A stretch of 64,000 nt of DNA from a bacterium (GTDB taxonomy: Bacteria > Acidobacteriota > HRBIN11 > JAKEFK01), in NCBI GenBank assembly GCA_022616075.1, contig JAKEFK010000048.1:2371-66370 (forward strand), read 5' to 3'. Positions 18,262 to 28,020 of the stretch are shown here, piece by piece. Both the position numbers and the translations under genes were made by a program. A model generated the notes under the pieces. It made no database searches and had not been told where the DNA came from. It was given only the letters and a program-made list of their open reading frames with translations. The first letter of the stretch is position 1; each line of letters opens with the position of its first letter.

Positions 18262-19681
18262 TCCGTATCTTTACGAAACGCTCGCTGACAAAATCGCGAG
18301 TTTGATTGACAAAAGGACTTTTTTACCGGGCGAAAAAGTGCCCTCTGTTCGCCGGTTGAGCCTGCAGGAAAATGTGAGCATCAGCACTGTGTTGCAAGCG
18401 TACGTGTTGCTGGAGGATCGCGGGCTGATTGAGGCGCGTCCCCAGTCCGGTTACTATGTGCGTCTCCAGCGACGCGCGCTTCCACCGGAACCGGCGATCA
18501 GCAAGCCATCGTTATCCGCATCACGAGTGAACGTAAGCGAGCTTGTGGCCAGCATTCACGATGCGATTACGCGGCCCGATATCGTTCCCCTGGGAGCGGC
18601 TACACCAAGTCCGGAACTATTACCCATGCGCAAACTGAACCGGATCCTCGCGAGCATCGCCCGCGAATCGGATGGCGAAGAACATTCCTACGGAATGATG
18701 CAAGGAAGTGAAGAACTCCGCCATCAAATCGCCCGAAGATCGCTCGATTGGGGTTGCAGTTTTTCGGGGGCGGATGTTGTTATCACTTTCGGCTGCACGG
18801 AAGCCATCAATCTTTGTTTGAGAGCGGTCGCACAACCGGGAGATACAATCGCAGTCGAATCTCCCACTTACTACGGCTTTTTGCAAATCATCGAAAGTCT
18901 CAAGATGAAAGCTCTGGAGATTCCCACCTGTCCGCGCGATGGAATTTGTGTGGATGCCCTGGAACAAGCAATCAAGAAACAACAGGTCAAGGCGTGCCTG
19001 ATCGTTTCCAATTTCAGCAATCCGTTAGGTTGCTACATGCCTGAAGAACGCAAGAAACAACTGGTCGAGCTTTTATCGCGCAAGCAGATTCCTTTAATTG
19101 AAGACGATATCTACGGAGAAATTTATTTTGGAAACGAGCGGCCTAAAGTTTGTAAAGCCTTTGATCAACAGGGACTGGTTCTTCTCTGTTCCTCCTATTC
19201 CAAATGTCTTTCGCCCGGCTATCGCGTCGGTTGGACTGCTCCCGGCCGCTTCAAGGATGAAGTCAGGCGACTAAAACTGATGAATACGCTTTCGTGCGTG
19301 TTGCCCACCCAAATCACCATTGCAGAAATGCTACGAAGCGGCGGATATGATCATCACATGCGAAGAATCCGCAGAGCTTACTCATCGCAGGTGCAAAAAA
19401 CATCGGAAGCAATCGCACACTACTTCCCGCGAGGCACACGAGTCACTCGCCCCCAGGGAGGTTTTGTCTTATGGGCCGAGCTTCCCAATTCGGTGGATTC
19501 ACTGGAACTCTATCGAAAAGCGTTGGATTCGAAAATCAGCATCGCCCCCGGCTCGCTATTTTCACCTAAACAACATTACCGGAACTGCATTCGCTTAAAT
19601 TGCGCGCACCCCTGGAGCGATAAAATTGATCAAGCACTGGCAACTCTAGGCCGCCTGGCTTACGATTGCGGCTCTGTATAG
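18236..19681 (+). CDS. MocR/PdxR-type GntR-family transcriptional regulator with PLP-dependent aminotransferase-like domain
   Basis: N-terminal GntR winged HTH (LPGEKVPSVRRLSLQENVSISTVLQAY) followed by about 350 aa of class I aminotransferase fold (SYSKCLSPGYRVGW lysine region). Confidence 0.85.
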   Translation: MTLMNPQIDPYLYETLADKIASLIDKRTFLPGEKVPSVRRLSLQENVSISTVLQAYVLLEDRGLIEARPQSGYYVRLQRRALPPEPAISKPSLSASRVNVSELVASIHDAITRPDIVPLGAATPSPELLPMRKLNRILASIARESDGEEHSYGMMQGSEELRHQIARRSLDWGCSFSGADVVITFGCTEAINLCLRAVAQPGDTIAVESPTYYGFLQIIESLKMKALEIPTCPRDGICVDALEQAIKKQQVKACLIVSNFSNPLGCYMPEERKKQLVELLSRKQIPLIEDDIYGEIYFGNERPKVCKAFDQQGLVLLCSSYSKCLSPGYRVGWTAPGRFKDEVRRLKLMNTLSCVLPTQITIAEMLRSGGYDHHMRRIRRAYSSQVQKTSEAIAHYFPRGTRVTRPQGGFVLWAELPNSVDSLELYRKALDSKISIAPGSLFSPKQHYRNCIRLNCAHPWSDKIDQALATLGRLAYDCGSV

Positions 19682-19709
19682 ATTCGCCGCTGTATCGGTT
19701 CCGCAGCTT

Positions 19710-20288
19710 TTAGATTTCTTCTAATTGAGTAAGCCTAACCATAAAAGCAACAGGACCTGCGTTCTGGTTTTTGCGAATCAATTCAATTTGGACAAAATAT
19801 TCGTTGTTCAAGAAATCAAAACTATGGGAGAACTTGATTGCCAATTCGGTTCGTCCCGTATTTCCGCTGGTGTTACTATTCACGAAAGCTATCAAGGTTG
19901 TGCTGCCGGTGGGGCGCGACACGCTGAAGAGTTTGGCCCGCACACTGTGATTCGTCCCTATACCATCAGGATCCTGATAACCCAGGATGATCGCATTCCA
20001 TGCCGGATTTCCCTGATCCAGAGGATTGACAACGTTGCAGCGTGCGATAATTGGAGAGGTGCTGGTCTGGCCGGCACGAAACGTAAAGTCGCTACCAGGG
20101 CCGACCGCGGTTTGGAAGCGATACAATGGCAGTGAGTCTTCGTCAATAGCACAGCTGGAAGCAGTATGCGTCCAGGCCGGTAAGAATTCAAATGCCTGCG
20201 CGCTCACCGATTGCGAACTCAGCATTGTCACAAACAGAGCGCCGATCGCAGGAAAAAGCAAAGTTTTGTTGAATGCATGCAACTTCAT
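19710..20288 (-). CDS. secreted hypothetical protein
   Basis: Signal peptide (LLFPAIGALFVTMLSSQSVSA). No recognisable domain. A possible sigma-54-type promoter lies upstream. Confidence 0.5.
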   Translation of the reverse strand: MKLHAFNKTLLFPAIGALFVTMLSSQSVSAQAFEFLPAWTHTASSCAIDEDSLPLYRFQTAVGPGSDFTFRAGQTSTSPIIARCNVVNPLDQGNPAWNAIILGYQDPDGIGTNHSVRAKLFSVSRPTGSTTLIAFVNSNTSGNTGRTELAIKFSHSFDFLNNEYFVQIELIRKNQNAGPVAFMVRLTQLEEI

Positions 20289-20321
20289 GATTCACTCCTT
20301 CTGAATTTTCCCTTTTGCAGA

Positions 20322-20337
20322 AGCAAAATCCGTACCG
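20322..20337 (-). promoter_or_regulatory. weak sigma-54-like -24/-12 element (CGGTACGGATTTTGCT on minus strand)
   Basis: GG and GC 12 nt apart, about 35 nt upstream of the 20288 start. Two mismatches against TGGCAC-N5-TTGC. Confidence 0.25.
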
Positions 20338-20383
20338 GTGTAAGCGTCGCAGGATGGCTCGGCGATTGATGTGATCCATTGTT

Positions 20384-20408
20384 TCCAAATGGAACAGTGA
20401 ATGTTCCA
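20384..20408. promoter_or_regulatory. overlapping palindromes TTCCAaaTGGAA / TGGAACAgtgaaTGTTCCA upstream of the sensor kinase gene
   Basis: Perfect 7-bp inverted repeat with a 5-nt spacer, 45 nt upstream of the 20453 start. Confidence 0.3.
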
Positions 20409-20452
20409 TAGTGGATCATGGGGATTTAGAATAGCAACGATGGCGTAACAGA

Positions 20453-23400
20453 ATGAGAGCCAGGTTCCTTTTAATCGTCTTTGCACACCTGTGCTTCTCT
20501 CATTACTCCTTCGCTCTGGATCCTTCCAAATTCATCACGCAGTATGGTCATCGTACCTGGCAGATCGATGACGGTTTGCCGCAAAACACCGTTCGGGCGA
20601 TTGTACAAACACGCGACGGCTATCTCTGGTTAGGAACGCAAGAAGGATTGGTTCGTTTCGATGGAATTCATTTTACAGTATTCGATCGAAAGAATACGAA
20701 GGAGATCCGCCACAATGCGGTCAGGGCTTTGTGCGAATCCAAAGATGGAAGCCTCTGGATCGGCACTGCCGGCGGTGGAGTTCTCCGGTATCAGAATGGA
20801 AAGTTTCAAAGTTACCTGACGCGAGATGGTTTGCTCAATGACATTGTGTATTCACTCTTTGAAGACCGGGAAGGAAACGTTTGGATCGGAACTGCGCGTG
20901 GACTGAACCTCTGGAGGAACAGCAAGCTCGATACCGATGTGATCACAAAGAGTCTTTCTCAGGATCCAATCGGATCGATTTATCAGGACCGGCAGGGCCA
21001 TCGCTGGTTCGGAACCTGGAAGGGGGAACTAAAGTGCTGGAAAAGCGGCAACATGCACATTTACAGAGTCAGTCATCCTGATATCGCTGTTCGCACTATT
21101 GTTGAAGATAGGCAAGGAAACTTATGGGTGGGAACCGATGGCGATGGAATTCGGTGTTTCAAGAATGGCGAAATGTACAGCTACCATCGAAATGATGGAC
21201 TTCCCGATGAAACCGTTTTGGCAATTCATCAGGATCGGCATGATAACGTGTGGATTGCAACGAACAGTGGACTCGTCCGTTTTCGTGATGGTCGCTTTGA
21301 AGTCCATTCTGTGAGCGGAGGACTTTCCGATAAGATGGCGCTCAGTCTTTACGAAGATTTCGAAGGCAGTCTCTGGGTCGGCACCTATGGCGGGGGCTTG
21401 AATCAGCTCCGCGATACGAAGCTTACACCGTATACTTTGCGCGAAGGCCTATCCCACCCGAACGTAATGACGATTTTTGAGGATAATGCAAAAAATCTCT
21501 GGTTCACCGCCAGGGGGGGCGGCTTTCTCCAGTGGAAGGAAGGGAAATTTCATTACCATGCTTTGAATCGTTTTTCTCACCAAGATGTTTATTCCATTTG
21601 CCGGGACAAGCGAGGGAATCTGTGGTTGGGATTGGATGGATCGGGTCTGGTTCTTTATAGAGACGGAGATATGACAATTTATACAACGCGCGACGGATTG
21701 TCCAGCGATCATGTTTATGCAATCGTCGAAGGTCAGGAAAACAGCTTGTGGGTCGGAACATGGAGCGCCGGTGTCAACCATTTTAAAGATGGCCGGTTCA
21801 TCAGCTATACAGAAAAAGAGGGCCTCGCCAATAATTTTGTAAGAACTCTACATGAAAAAGATGGGCGTCTCTGGGTCGGTACGATGGGAGGACTGAGCCT
21901 CTTCAAAGACGGAAAGTTCACCACTTTTACAACGAAAAACGGACTCTCCAGTGATCAGATTCGTGCGATCCACGAAGATGATCAGGGAAACATTTGGATT
22001 GGAACCGCAGGGGGCGGGTTGAATCGATTCCAAAACGGCCGTTTTAGAGCATATACAACTGATCATGATTTTTTTAACGATGTCGTTTTTCAAATACTGG
22101 AAGATGACCAACAGAACCTATGGATGAGCTGCAATAAAGGAATTTTTTGCGTGCGTAAAAAGGATCTGGATGACTTTGATGCCGGCAAAATTCGATCGAT
22201 TCCTTCCATTTCCTTTACCAAAAAAGATGGAATGCCGAGTAGCGAATGCAACGGAGCCGGACATCCATCCGGATGGAAAACCAAAGATGGCAGATTATGG
22301 TTTCCGACAATTGCAGGAGTGGTAGTTATTGATCCAGGCAAGATTCCAGTAAACAGGATCTCCCCTAATGTATTAGTAGATAGTGTGCGGGTGGATCATC
22401 GGGAGCTTGATCTGCTTTCCGGTATCAAAATTCCTCCCGGAAGTTCGCGATTCGAATTCCGTTATACCACTCTGAGTTTTCTGGATCCCGAACAAAACAA
22501 ATTCAAGTACCAGCTGGAAGGTCATGATACCGGATGGATCGATGCCGGGCAAAGCCGTTTTGCCGCATACACGAACATACCTCCCGGAAGTTATCGTTTC
22601 CGCGTGATTGCCTCCAACAATGATGCTGTTTGGAATGAAACAGGAGCCGTTTTTGCTTTTACACTTCAGCCGCATTTCTATCAAACCAGATGGTTCCTCG
22701 CCCTATGCATCCTGGGTCTAACTTCTATTGTCTTCGGATTGCATCGTTTTCGTACGAATCAATTGAAGGCCAGACAGGCTCAACTTGCCGGGATCGTTCG
22801 GGAGAAAACGAAAGAATTGCTGGAGGCACAAAAACGATTGCAGGAAACGAACCTGAATCTCGAAGAGCGTGTGCAACACGGGATTGAGGCGCTAAGGGAA
22901 GCGGAAAGAATGGCAGCGTACGGCCAAATGATGGCTGGCGTTGCGCACGAAATTCGTCATCCGATTTTTTCGCTTCAAGCGACAGCTTATGTGCTTGGAA
23001 ATCGTCTGAAAGGGAACGAGGATCTGCAACCTCAGCTGAAGATCCTGGACCGGGAAACGAGAAGAATGTCACGATTGATGGATGATCTTTTGGAATTCGC
23101 CCGGCCCCATTCCCTTCTTTTATCGCAAGTCGATCCAGGTTCATTATTGCAAGAGGCCGTGGAGACTTTTCGCGAACAGGAAACCCCAAAAGTGTTTTTG
23201 GAGTGGGAGGCTGACCTTCCGAAAGTTACCCTGGATCGAGACCGATTGATTCAGGTTTTGATTAACTTAATCGATAACGCTACGAAACACGCGAAAAGAG
23301 TCAGCAGGATTGTCGTATCGGCTGGTAGCGCCCCGGGGGAAGTGCCCGGGATCCATTTGACGGTAGAAAACGACGGCTCCCGCATTCCCGGTGAGAATCT

Positions 23401-23608
23401 TTCTCGTATCTTTGAACCTTTCTTTACAACCGGTAAAGGAAGCGGACTGGGACTTGCGATTGTTCGACGTGTTATAACAGAACATGAAGGAACCATCGAT
23501 GTAGAATCGGGTCCAGCAGGAACATTATTCAGAATTTTTCTACCGGCACGGGGCCCGAAATCTAACGGTGTAGACAATGCAGAGGAAACGCATATTGATC
23601 ATCGATGA
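20453..23608 (+). CDS. two-component sensor histidine kinase with periplasmic beta-propeller (Reg_prop repeats) and Y_Y_Y domain
   Basis: Signal peptide. More than 12 repeats of the form ..D..G.LW.GT..GL..; Y_Y_Y-like segment; TM (WFLALCILGLTSIVFGL); HisKA (AHEIRHP); HATPase (GSGLGLAIVRRV). Confidence 0.85.
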   Translation: MRARFLLIVFAHLCFSHYSFALDPSKFITQYGHRTWQIDDGLPQNTVRAIVQTRDGYLWLGTQEGLVRFDGIHFTVFDRKNTKEIRHNAVRALCESKDGSLWIGTAGGGVLRYQNGKFQSYLTRDGLLNDIVYSLFEDREGNVWIGTARGLNLWRNSKLDTDVITKSLSQDPIGSIYQDRQGHRWFGTWKGELKCWKSGNMHIYRVSHPDIAVRTIVEDRQGNLWVGTDGDGIRCFKNGEMYSYHRNDGLPDETVLAIHQDRHDNVWIATNSGLVRFRDGRFEVHSVSGGLSDKMALSLYEDFEGSLWVGTYGGGLNQLRDTKLTPYTLREGLSHPNVMTIFEDNAKNLWFTARGGGFLQWKEGKFHYHALNRFSHQDVYSICRDKRGNLWLGLDGSGLVLYRDGDMTIYTTRDGLSSDHVYAIVEGQENSLWVGTWSAGVNHFKDGRFISYTEKEGLANNFVRTLHEKDGRLWVGTMGGLSLFKDGKFTTFTTKNGLSSDQIRAIHEDDQGNIWIGTAGGGLNRFQNGRFRAYTTDHDFFNDVVFQILEDDQQNLWMSCNKGIFCVRKKDLDDFDAGKIRSIPSISFTKKDGMPSSECNGAGHPSGWKTKDGRLWFPTIAGVVVIDPGKIPVNRISPNVLVDSVRVDHRELDLLSGIKIPPGSSRFEFRYTTLSFLDPEQNKFKYQLEGHDTGWIDAGQSRFAAYTNIPPGSYRFRVIASNNDAVWNETGAVFAFTLQPHFYQTRWFLALCILGLTSIVFGLHRFRTNQLKARQAQLAGIVREKTKELLEAQKRLQETNLNLEERVQHGIEALREAERMAAYGQMMAGVAHEIRHPIFSLQATAYVLGNRLKGNEDLQPQLKILDRETRRMSRLMDDLLEFARPHSLLLSQVDPGSLLQEAVETFREQETPKVFLEWEADLPKVTLDRDRLIQVLINLIDNATKHAKRVSRIVVSAGSAPGEVPGIHLTVENDGSRIPGENLSRIFEPFFTTGKGSGLGLAIVRRVITEHEGTIDVESGPAGTLFRIFLPARGPKSNGVDNAEETHIDHR

Positions 23609-24920
23609 TGATACGTCTTTGAACGAGGCGCTCGAGACATTGTTGTCAGATGCAGGCTACTCAGTTTTTTGCGCTGAGTCCGGAGAATCAGGAATCGAGA
23701 TTGTCCGCAAGGAACCGATCGATCTGGTTCTCCTAGACCTGCGATTGGAGGACATCAGCGGCCTGGATTTGCTGACGCAAATTAAATCGGTCCGAGCAGA
23801 AACTTCTGTGATCATGATCACCGGTGTTGGAACCATTGAAGATGCTGTTGAGGCAATGCGGCGCGGGGCAGATAACTTTATTGTGAAACCGGTCGATCCT
23901 CCAAGACTACTGGTTCTCGTTGAAAAGGGATTCGAGTCAGGTAGCCTTCGCCGTAAGGCTGCCCAGCTGGAAAGATTAAGCAATGCCGCACGTGTTTTGT
24001 TCCTGGGAAAAGCCAGGGCGATCCAGGATGCAATAAAGCTGATAGAAGTTGTTGCGCCAAGAGACACGACGGTCCTACTTCGCGGAGAGACGGGAACCGG
24101 AAAGGGACTGATCGCGCGTCGAATCCATGAAACTTCGCCGCGGAGCAAACATCCTTTTGTAGAGCTGAACTGCGCCGGATTGCAACGTGATTTAACGGAA
24201 TCAGAACTCTTTGGACATGAAAGAGGGTCGTTCACCGGAGCTCATGAAAGGAAAATCGGTCTCTTCGAAGCAGCAAACGGCGGAACTCTGTTTTTGGATG
24301 AAATTGGAGAAATGGATTATTCCATACAGCCTAAACTCTTAAATGTTTTGGAACAAAAGAGGTTTCGCCGAATTGGAGGAGTCGCAGAAATTGAAGTGGA
24401 TGTCCGCTTGATTGCGGCAACCCATCGCGATCTAACCAAGGAAATTACTGCCGGCAAGTTTCGCGAAGATCTCTTTTATCGCCTGAATGTTTTTACAATT
24501 CCAGTGCCGCCGCTTCGACAGAGAAAGGAAGACATTCTTTCGCTGGCAGAAAAATTTCTGCAAGAATTCGGCGGTGTGCAGGATGGAATTTCACACGAAG
24601 CTGCGGAATTACTTTCCTCATACGACTGGCCGGGGAATGTTCGCGAGCTTAGAAATGTTATGGAACGCGCCGCCATTCTTTGTCCGAGCCGATCCCAGGT
24701 CTTAATCTCCCATCTTCCCCAATTTACCGGTCCATCGGACGCCCATACGAGATCCCGCTCCGAGCCCCTGACTGTCAACGATGCCGAACTCAAGCTATTC
24801 GAATTGGCGCTTCGAACGCATAACTACAATTTGAAAGCCACCGCCCGTGACCTTGGTGTCTCCCGCGGCACTCTCTACAGAAAAATAAAGAAACACAAGA
24901 TCGCGCTTCCAAAAACGTGA
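23577..24920 (+). CDS. sigma-54-dependent response regulator (NtrC family)
   Basis: Receiver (ILIIDDD, DLVLLDLRL); AAA+ sigma-54 interaction domain (GETGTGKGLIARRIH, GAFTGA-like ESELFGHERGSFTGA); C-terminal Fis-type HTH. Confidence 0.9.
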   Translation: MQRKRILIIDDDTSLNEALETLLSDAGYSVFCAESGESGIEIVRKEPIDLVLLDLRLEDISGLDLLTQIKSVRAETSVIMITGVGTIEDAVEAMRRGADNFIVKPVDPPRLLVLVEKGFESGSLRRKAAQLERLSNAARVLFLGKARAIQDAIKLIEVVAPRDTTVLLRGETGTGKGLIARRIHETSPRSKHPFVELNCAGLQRDLTESELFGHERGSFTGAHERKIGLFEAANGGTLFLDEIGEMDYSIQPKLLNVLEQKRFRRIGGVAEIEVDVRLIAATHRDLTKEITAGKFREDLFYRLNVFTIPVPPLRQRKEDILSLAEKFLQEFGGVQDGISHEAAELLSSYDWPGNVRELRNVMERAAILCPSRSQVLISHLPQFTGPSDAHTRSRSEPLTVNDAELKLFELALRTHNYNLKATARDLGVSRGTLYRKIKKHKIALPKT

Positions 24921-25028
24921 AACTCTTGCTAGTGGACCGCATTTCTCATGATTCGGAATGGAACAAGGTGTTCCGTTAAAGAACACGTTTTCCCTGGGAT
25001 GACCCTGAACAGCCTCAGAGAAATACAG

Positions 25029-25044
25029 TGGTACAGCCCTTGCT
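25029..25044 (+). promoter_or_regulatory. sigma-54 promoter candidate TGGTACagcccTTGCT
   Basis: Matches TGGCAC-N5-TTGCW with one mismatch. Lies 25 nt upstream of the ATG at 25070, immediately downstream of the NtrC-family gene. Confidence 0.55.
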
Positions 25045-25069
25045 CGTTACAAAACAGCTTCGACAGAAA

Positions 25070-25447
25070 ATGGATAAGAAGTGTGTGCTCATTGTCGATG
25101 ATGATGAAGCGATTTTGGAAAGTCTTGCGGGACTCTTTCAGACCGATGATGTAATAGTTGAAGGAGCAAGTACTCTGGAAGAGGCAACAAAATTGCTGAG
25201 TGCTCATGCCTTTGATTTGGTGATTTTGGATCTACGTCTCTCATCGGGTGCCTCGCTGGAAGGACTTGATTTGTTATCGCTGATTAAAACGAAGGCTCCG
25301 AAAACGCATGTAGTTCTGATGACCGCGTACGGCGCACAGGAGATCGAACGCGAAGCAATAAGGAGGGGAGCGTCGAGTTATTTTGAGAAATCCATTCCCA
25401 TCAGCGAATTTAGGAACCGCCTCAAGGCTCTCGGTATTTCTGTCTAG
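25070..25447 (+). CDS. single-domain response regulator
   Basis: CVLIVDDDEA, DLVILDLRL, VVLMTAY, YFEKS. The track ORF starts at GTG 25028 but that extension would cover the sigma-54 promoter. Confidence 0.75.
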   Translation: MDKKCVLIVDDDEAILESLAGLFQTDDVIVEGASTLEEATKLLSAHAFDLVILDLRLSSGASLEGLDLLSLIKTKAPKTHVVLMTAYGAQEIEREAIRRGASSYFEKSIPISEFRNRLKALGISV

Positions 25448-25474
25448 GTTTTTATCGATCCGCGGCCGGCTGGC

Positions 25475-26020
25475 TTACGAGTGCAGCTTTGTGTAGATTC
25501 GCCGCTGCATCCGTTTTGCATCCGCGGGATCCGGACGCTCTTCAATTAATTCGGCTGCTGTAGCAGTATGAAAAGAAACGACAATCCAATGTTCGCCGGG
25601 GCCGACAACCGCCCGATGCCAGATGTTGACAGGTATGGATGCCCAGTGATCTTCAATCCGCCCATGAAACTGATCCAGCAAAACATGAGATTGCCATCGA
25701 TCTTCCGTCCAGATCTGCAAGTCTCCTGTTCGCCTCCAGGACCTGACCCGTTGATGACTGTTCGGATGGCGTTCCGCGCCGCTGTTGGAACCCTCCTTCA
25801 GTAAAAATACCCAGCTGGAGCGGATCAACTCAGGCAATTTGTTTTCGTAAATTTCCAAAGGAATGGTCTCCCATGCCAACGGATCCTGGCTCCTTTTGAA
25901 TTCATCCACAACGCGATCCGCAATCCGGTCGATCTGCGCCGACACAGAAGGGTCCTGCAGAATCCGCTCAATCGCCCGCAAGAGTTTGCGTTCTTCTTCA
26001 ATCATTTGTTCTATTGTCAA
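25475..26020 (-). CDS. hypothetical protein, possibly cupin-like
   Basis: 181-aa ORF with His-rich motifs (ERHPNSHQ, HWIVVSFHTA) reminiscent of cupin metal sites. No firm family assignment. Confidence 0.4.
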   Translation of the reverse strand: MTIEQMIEEERKLLRAIERILQDPSVSAQIDRIADRVVDEFKRSQDPLAWETIPLEIYENKLPELIRSSWVFLLKEGSNSGAERHPNSHQRVRSWRRTGDLQIWTEDRWQSHVLLDQFHGRIEDHWASIPVNIWHRAVVGPGEHWIVVSFHTATAAELIEERPDPADAKRMQRRIYTKLHS

Positions 26021-26086
26021 TTCTTTTCCATAATTAGCACAGAATCAGTGAAAAGCATTTCTGTGCATAACAGATCAGGAGGATGA

Positions 26087-26437
26087 ATGCCTGCTCCCAT
26101 CAAACCGTTGATCACTTCCGAAGAGTTACAAAGAATTGACATACGCGTCGGCACCATCGTTGCGGTTGACGAGGTGTCTTCGTCTAATAAATTAGTAAAA
26201 CTTACTGTTGAATTTGGCGACCACCGGCGAGCCATACTTGCCGGTATGAAAAAAGAGCGCGCGAATCCCAAAGAAATTGAAGGGAAACAAGCGTTATTTG
26301 TAGTGAATCTCGCTACACGAAAAATGGCCGGCGAGGTCTCGGAAGGAATGCTTTTTGACATCGGCTATGCCGATGGAATTACGCCGGTTCTCGCCCTTCC
26401 GGAGAAACTGGTGCCGGACGGAACACGAGCCGAGTAA
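26087..26437 (+). CDS. tRNA-binding protein (CsaA/Trbp111-like EMAP domain)
   Basis: IDIRVGTIVAV...KLVKLTVEFGD...EGKQALFVVNLATRKMAGEVSEGML matches the CsaA/MetG C-terminal tRNA-binding domain. Confidence 0.8.
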   Translation: MPAPIKPLITSEELQRIDIRVGTIVAVDEVSSSNKLVKLTVEFGDHRRAILAGMKKERANPKEIEGKQALFVVNLATRKMAGEVSEGMLFDIGYADGITPVLALPEKLVPDGTRAE

Positions 26438-26555
26438 CCTCATTTTTTCGCTAGAACTCGTAGCGGAAGCTATATTGTTTTCTACAACTTTTCGCGGGGG
26501 GACAACTGAATGGGATTCTCCATGATTTGAGAGTCTCGGGTCAAAGCACGTAATC

Positions 26556-28019
26556 ATGCTAACACAGAACAAACGCATCAGTCCTATCCTTGCTCCAGCC
26601 GTCGCGATCATGAACCGGCTGAAGTACCCTCAAAAGTTTGCGCTCATCAGTTTGTGTTTTGCAATTCCGCTGGCGACGGTCATGTTTTTTTTGATTTCCG
26701 AAATGAATGACCGCATTGAATTTTCTGAAAAGGAAATCATCGGTGATGCATACCTCCGCCCTTTACGGAAGCTCCTTGAACATGTCCCTTCAGCGCGAAG
26801 CCTGGCTCATTCTTACGCGAAAGGGCAAATCACGCTGCGTCCGGAATTGATTGAGCTGCAATCGATCATCGATCAGGATTTTCAGGAACTCTTATCTGCC
26901 GAAAAGCAATACGGAAAGATTCTAAATACAAGTTCCAGACTGAATGTTTTGAGCGAGAACTGGAAATTCCTGAAGAATAAGACTCTCAGTCTCGAGGCAT
27001 CGGACACCGACACGCTCTATGGCAAAGTGATCGGTGATATACGAGCGTTGGTCTCTCATGCGGGGGATACTTCCAATCTCATTCTGGATCCCGACCTTGA
27101 TAGTTACTACCTCATGGATTCAGTCCTGCTGAAACTGCCTGAAGGTGTGGATCTGGTTTCACGAACCAGTTTTTTTGCGCAATCCATTTTGGAACGCGGC
27201 TCGATGACGGCGGAAGAGAAGGCTGAGCTGATCACGTTAACGGGCTTAGTGCGTTCGAATTCAGAAGCCACACGGGCAGGTTTACAAGTAGGGTTTCGCA
27301 ACAACCCGGCGCAAAACTTGAAACCAGCCCTGGAAGAGCCGGTCCAGAATGCAGTTGCTCAAACCGAAGAGCTATTGAAAGCAATTGATGCCGAAATCCT
27401 TGACGCTCCGCAGTTGACCACGACGCAAGAGAGCCTTGAGGCACTCACTCGAAAAACGCTGGAGAAGGATTTCAGTTTGTGGGATCGCACGGTTGCAGAA
27501 CTTGATGGACTTTTGCGCACGCGAATCGATGGATTTGAGCGCAAAAAGCGATTGGTGGAAGTGATCTCCGTTCTTATGCTGGCACTCGTAGGGTATCTGC
27601 TTGTCGGTTTTTACAGAGCCGTTATGAATACTGTCTCCGGTCTGCAGGAGGCCTCCGATGCAATGATCCAGGGGAATCTTACTGGCTCCGTTTCGCTCGA
27701 AACCCGTGATGAATTGGGTCCTGTGGTGCAGTCGTTCAACAATATTGCGCGCGGATTGGTGGAAGCCAAAGAAAAATATAGGGGTATTTTTGAAAATGCA
27801 GTGGAAGGGATCTTCCAGAGCACATCCGATGGGAAATTTATCAGCGTGAATCCCGCGATGGCGCAAATCCTTGGATACAAAAACGAAGACGAAATGATCA
27901 ACAATATCTCGGCAATTTCCAATCAGCTTTACGTCGATCCAAGCAGGCGTATGGAATTCATCCGCACAATGCAGGAAGAGGGGGCCGTCACAAAATTCGA
28001 ATCCCAGGCGTACCGCAAA
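26556..28019 (+). CDS. hybrid sensor histidine kinase, N-terminal fragment (TM - periplasmic domain - TM - HAMP - start of PAS)
   Basis: Two TM segments. HAMP (LVEAKEKY coiled coil). PAS beginning [31 protein letters not shown]. The frame breaks at the A4 tract 28017-28020. Confidence 0.75.
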
Positions 28020-28020
28020 A

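Noticed and set aside
25028-25069. N-terminal extension of the receiver gene from GTG 25028
   Set aside because: The extension would encode the sigma-54 promoter itself. The canonical receiver N-terminus begins at M-D-K-K-C-V-L-I-V-D-D-D at 25070.
27542-27560. TGGCAC-N5-...TTG sigma-54-like motif
   Set aside because: Lies in the middle of the hybrid kinase coding sequence with poor -12 element spacing.
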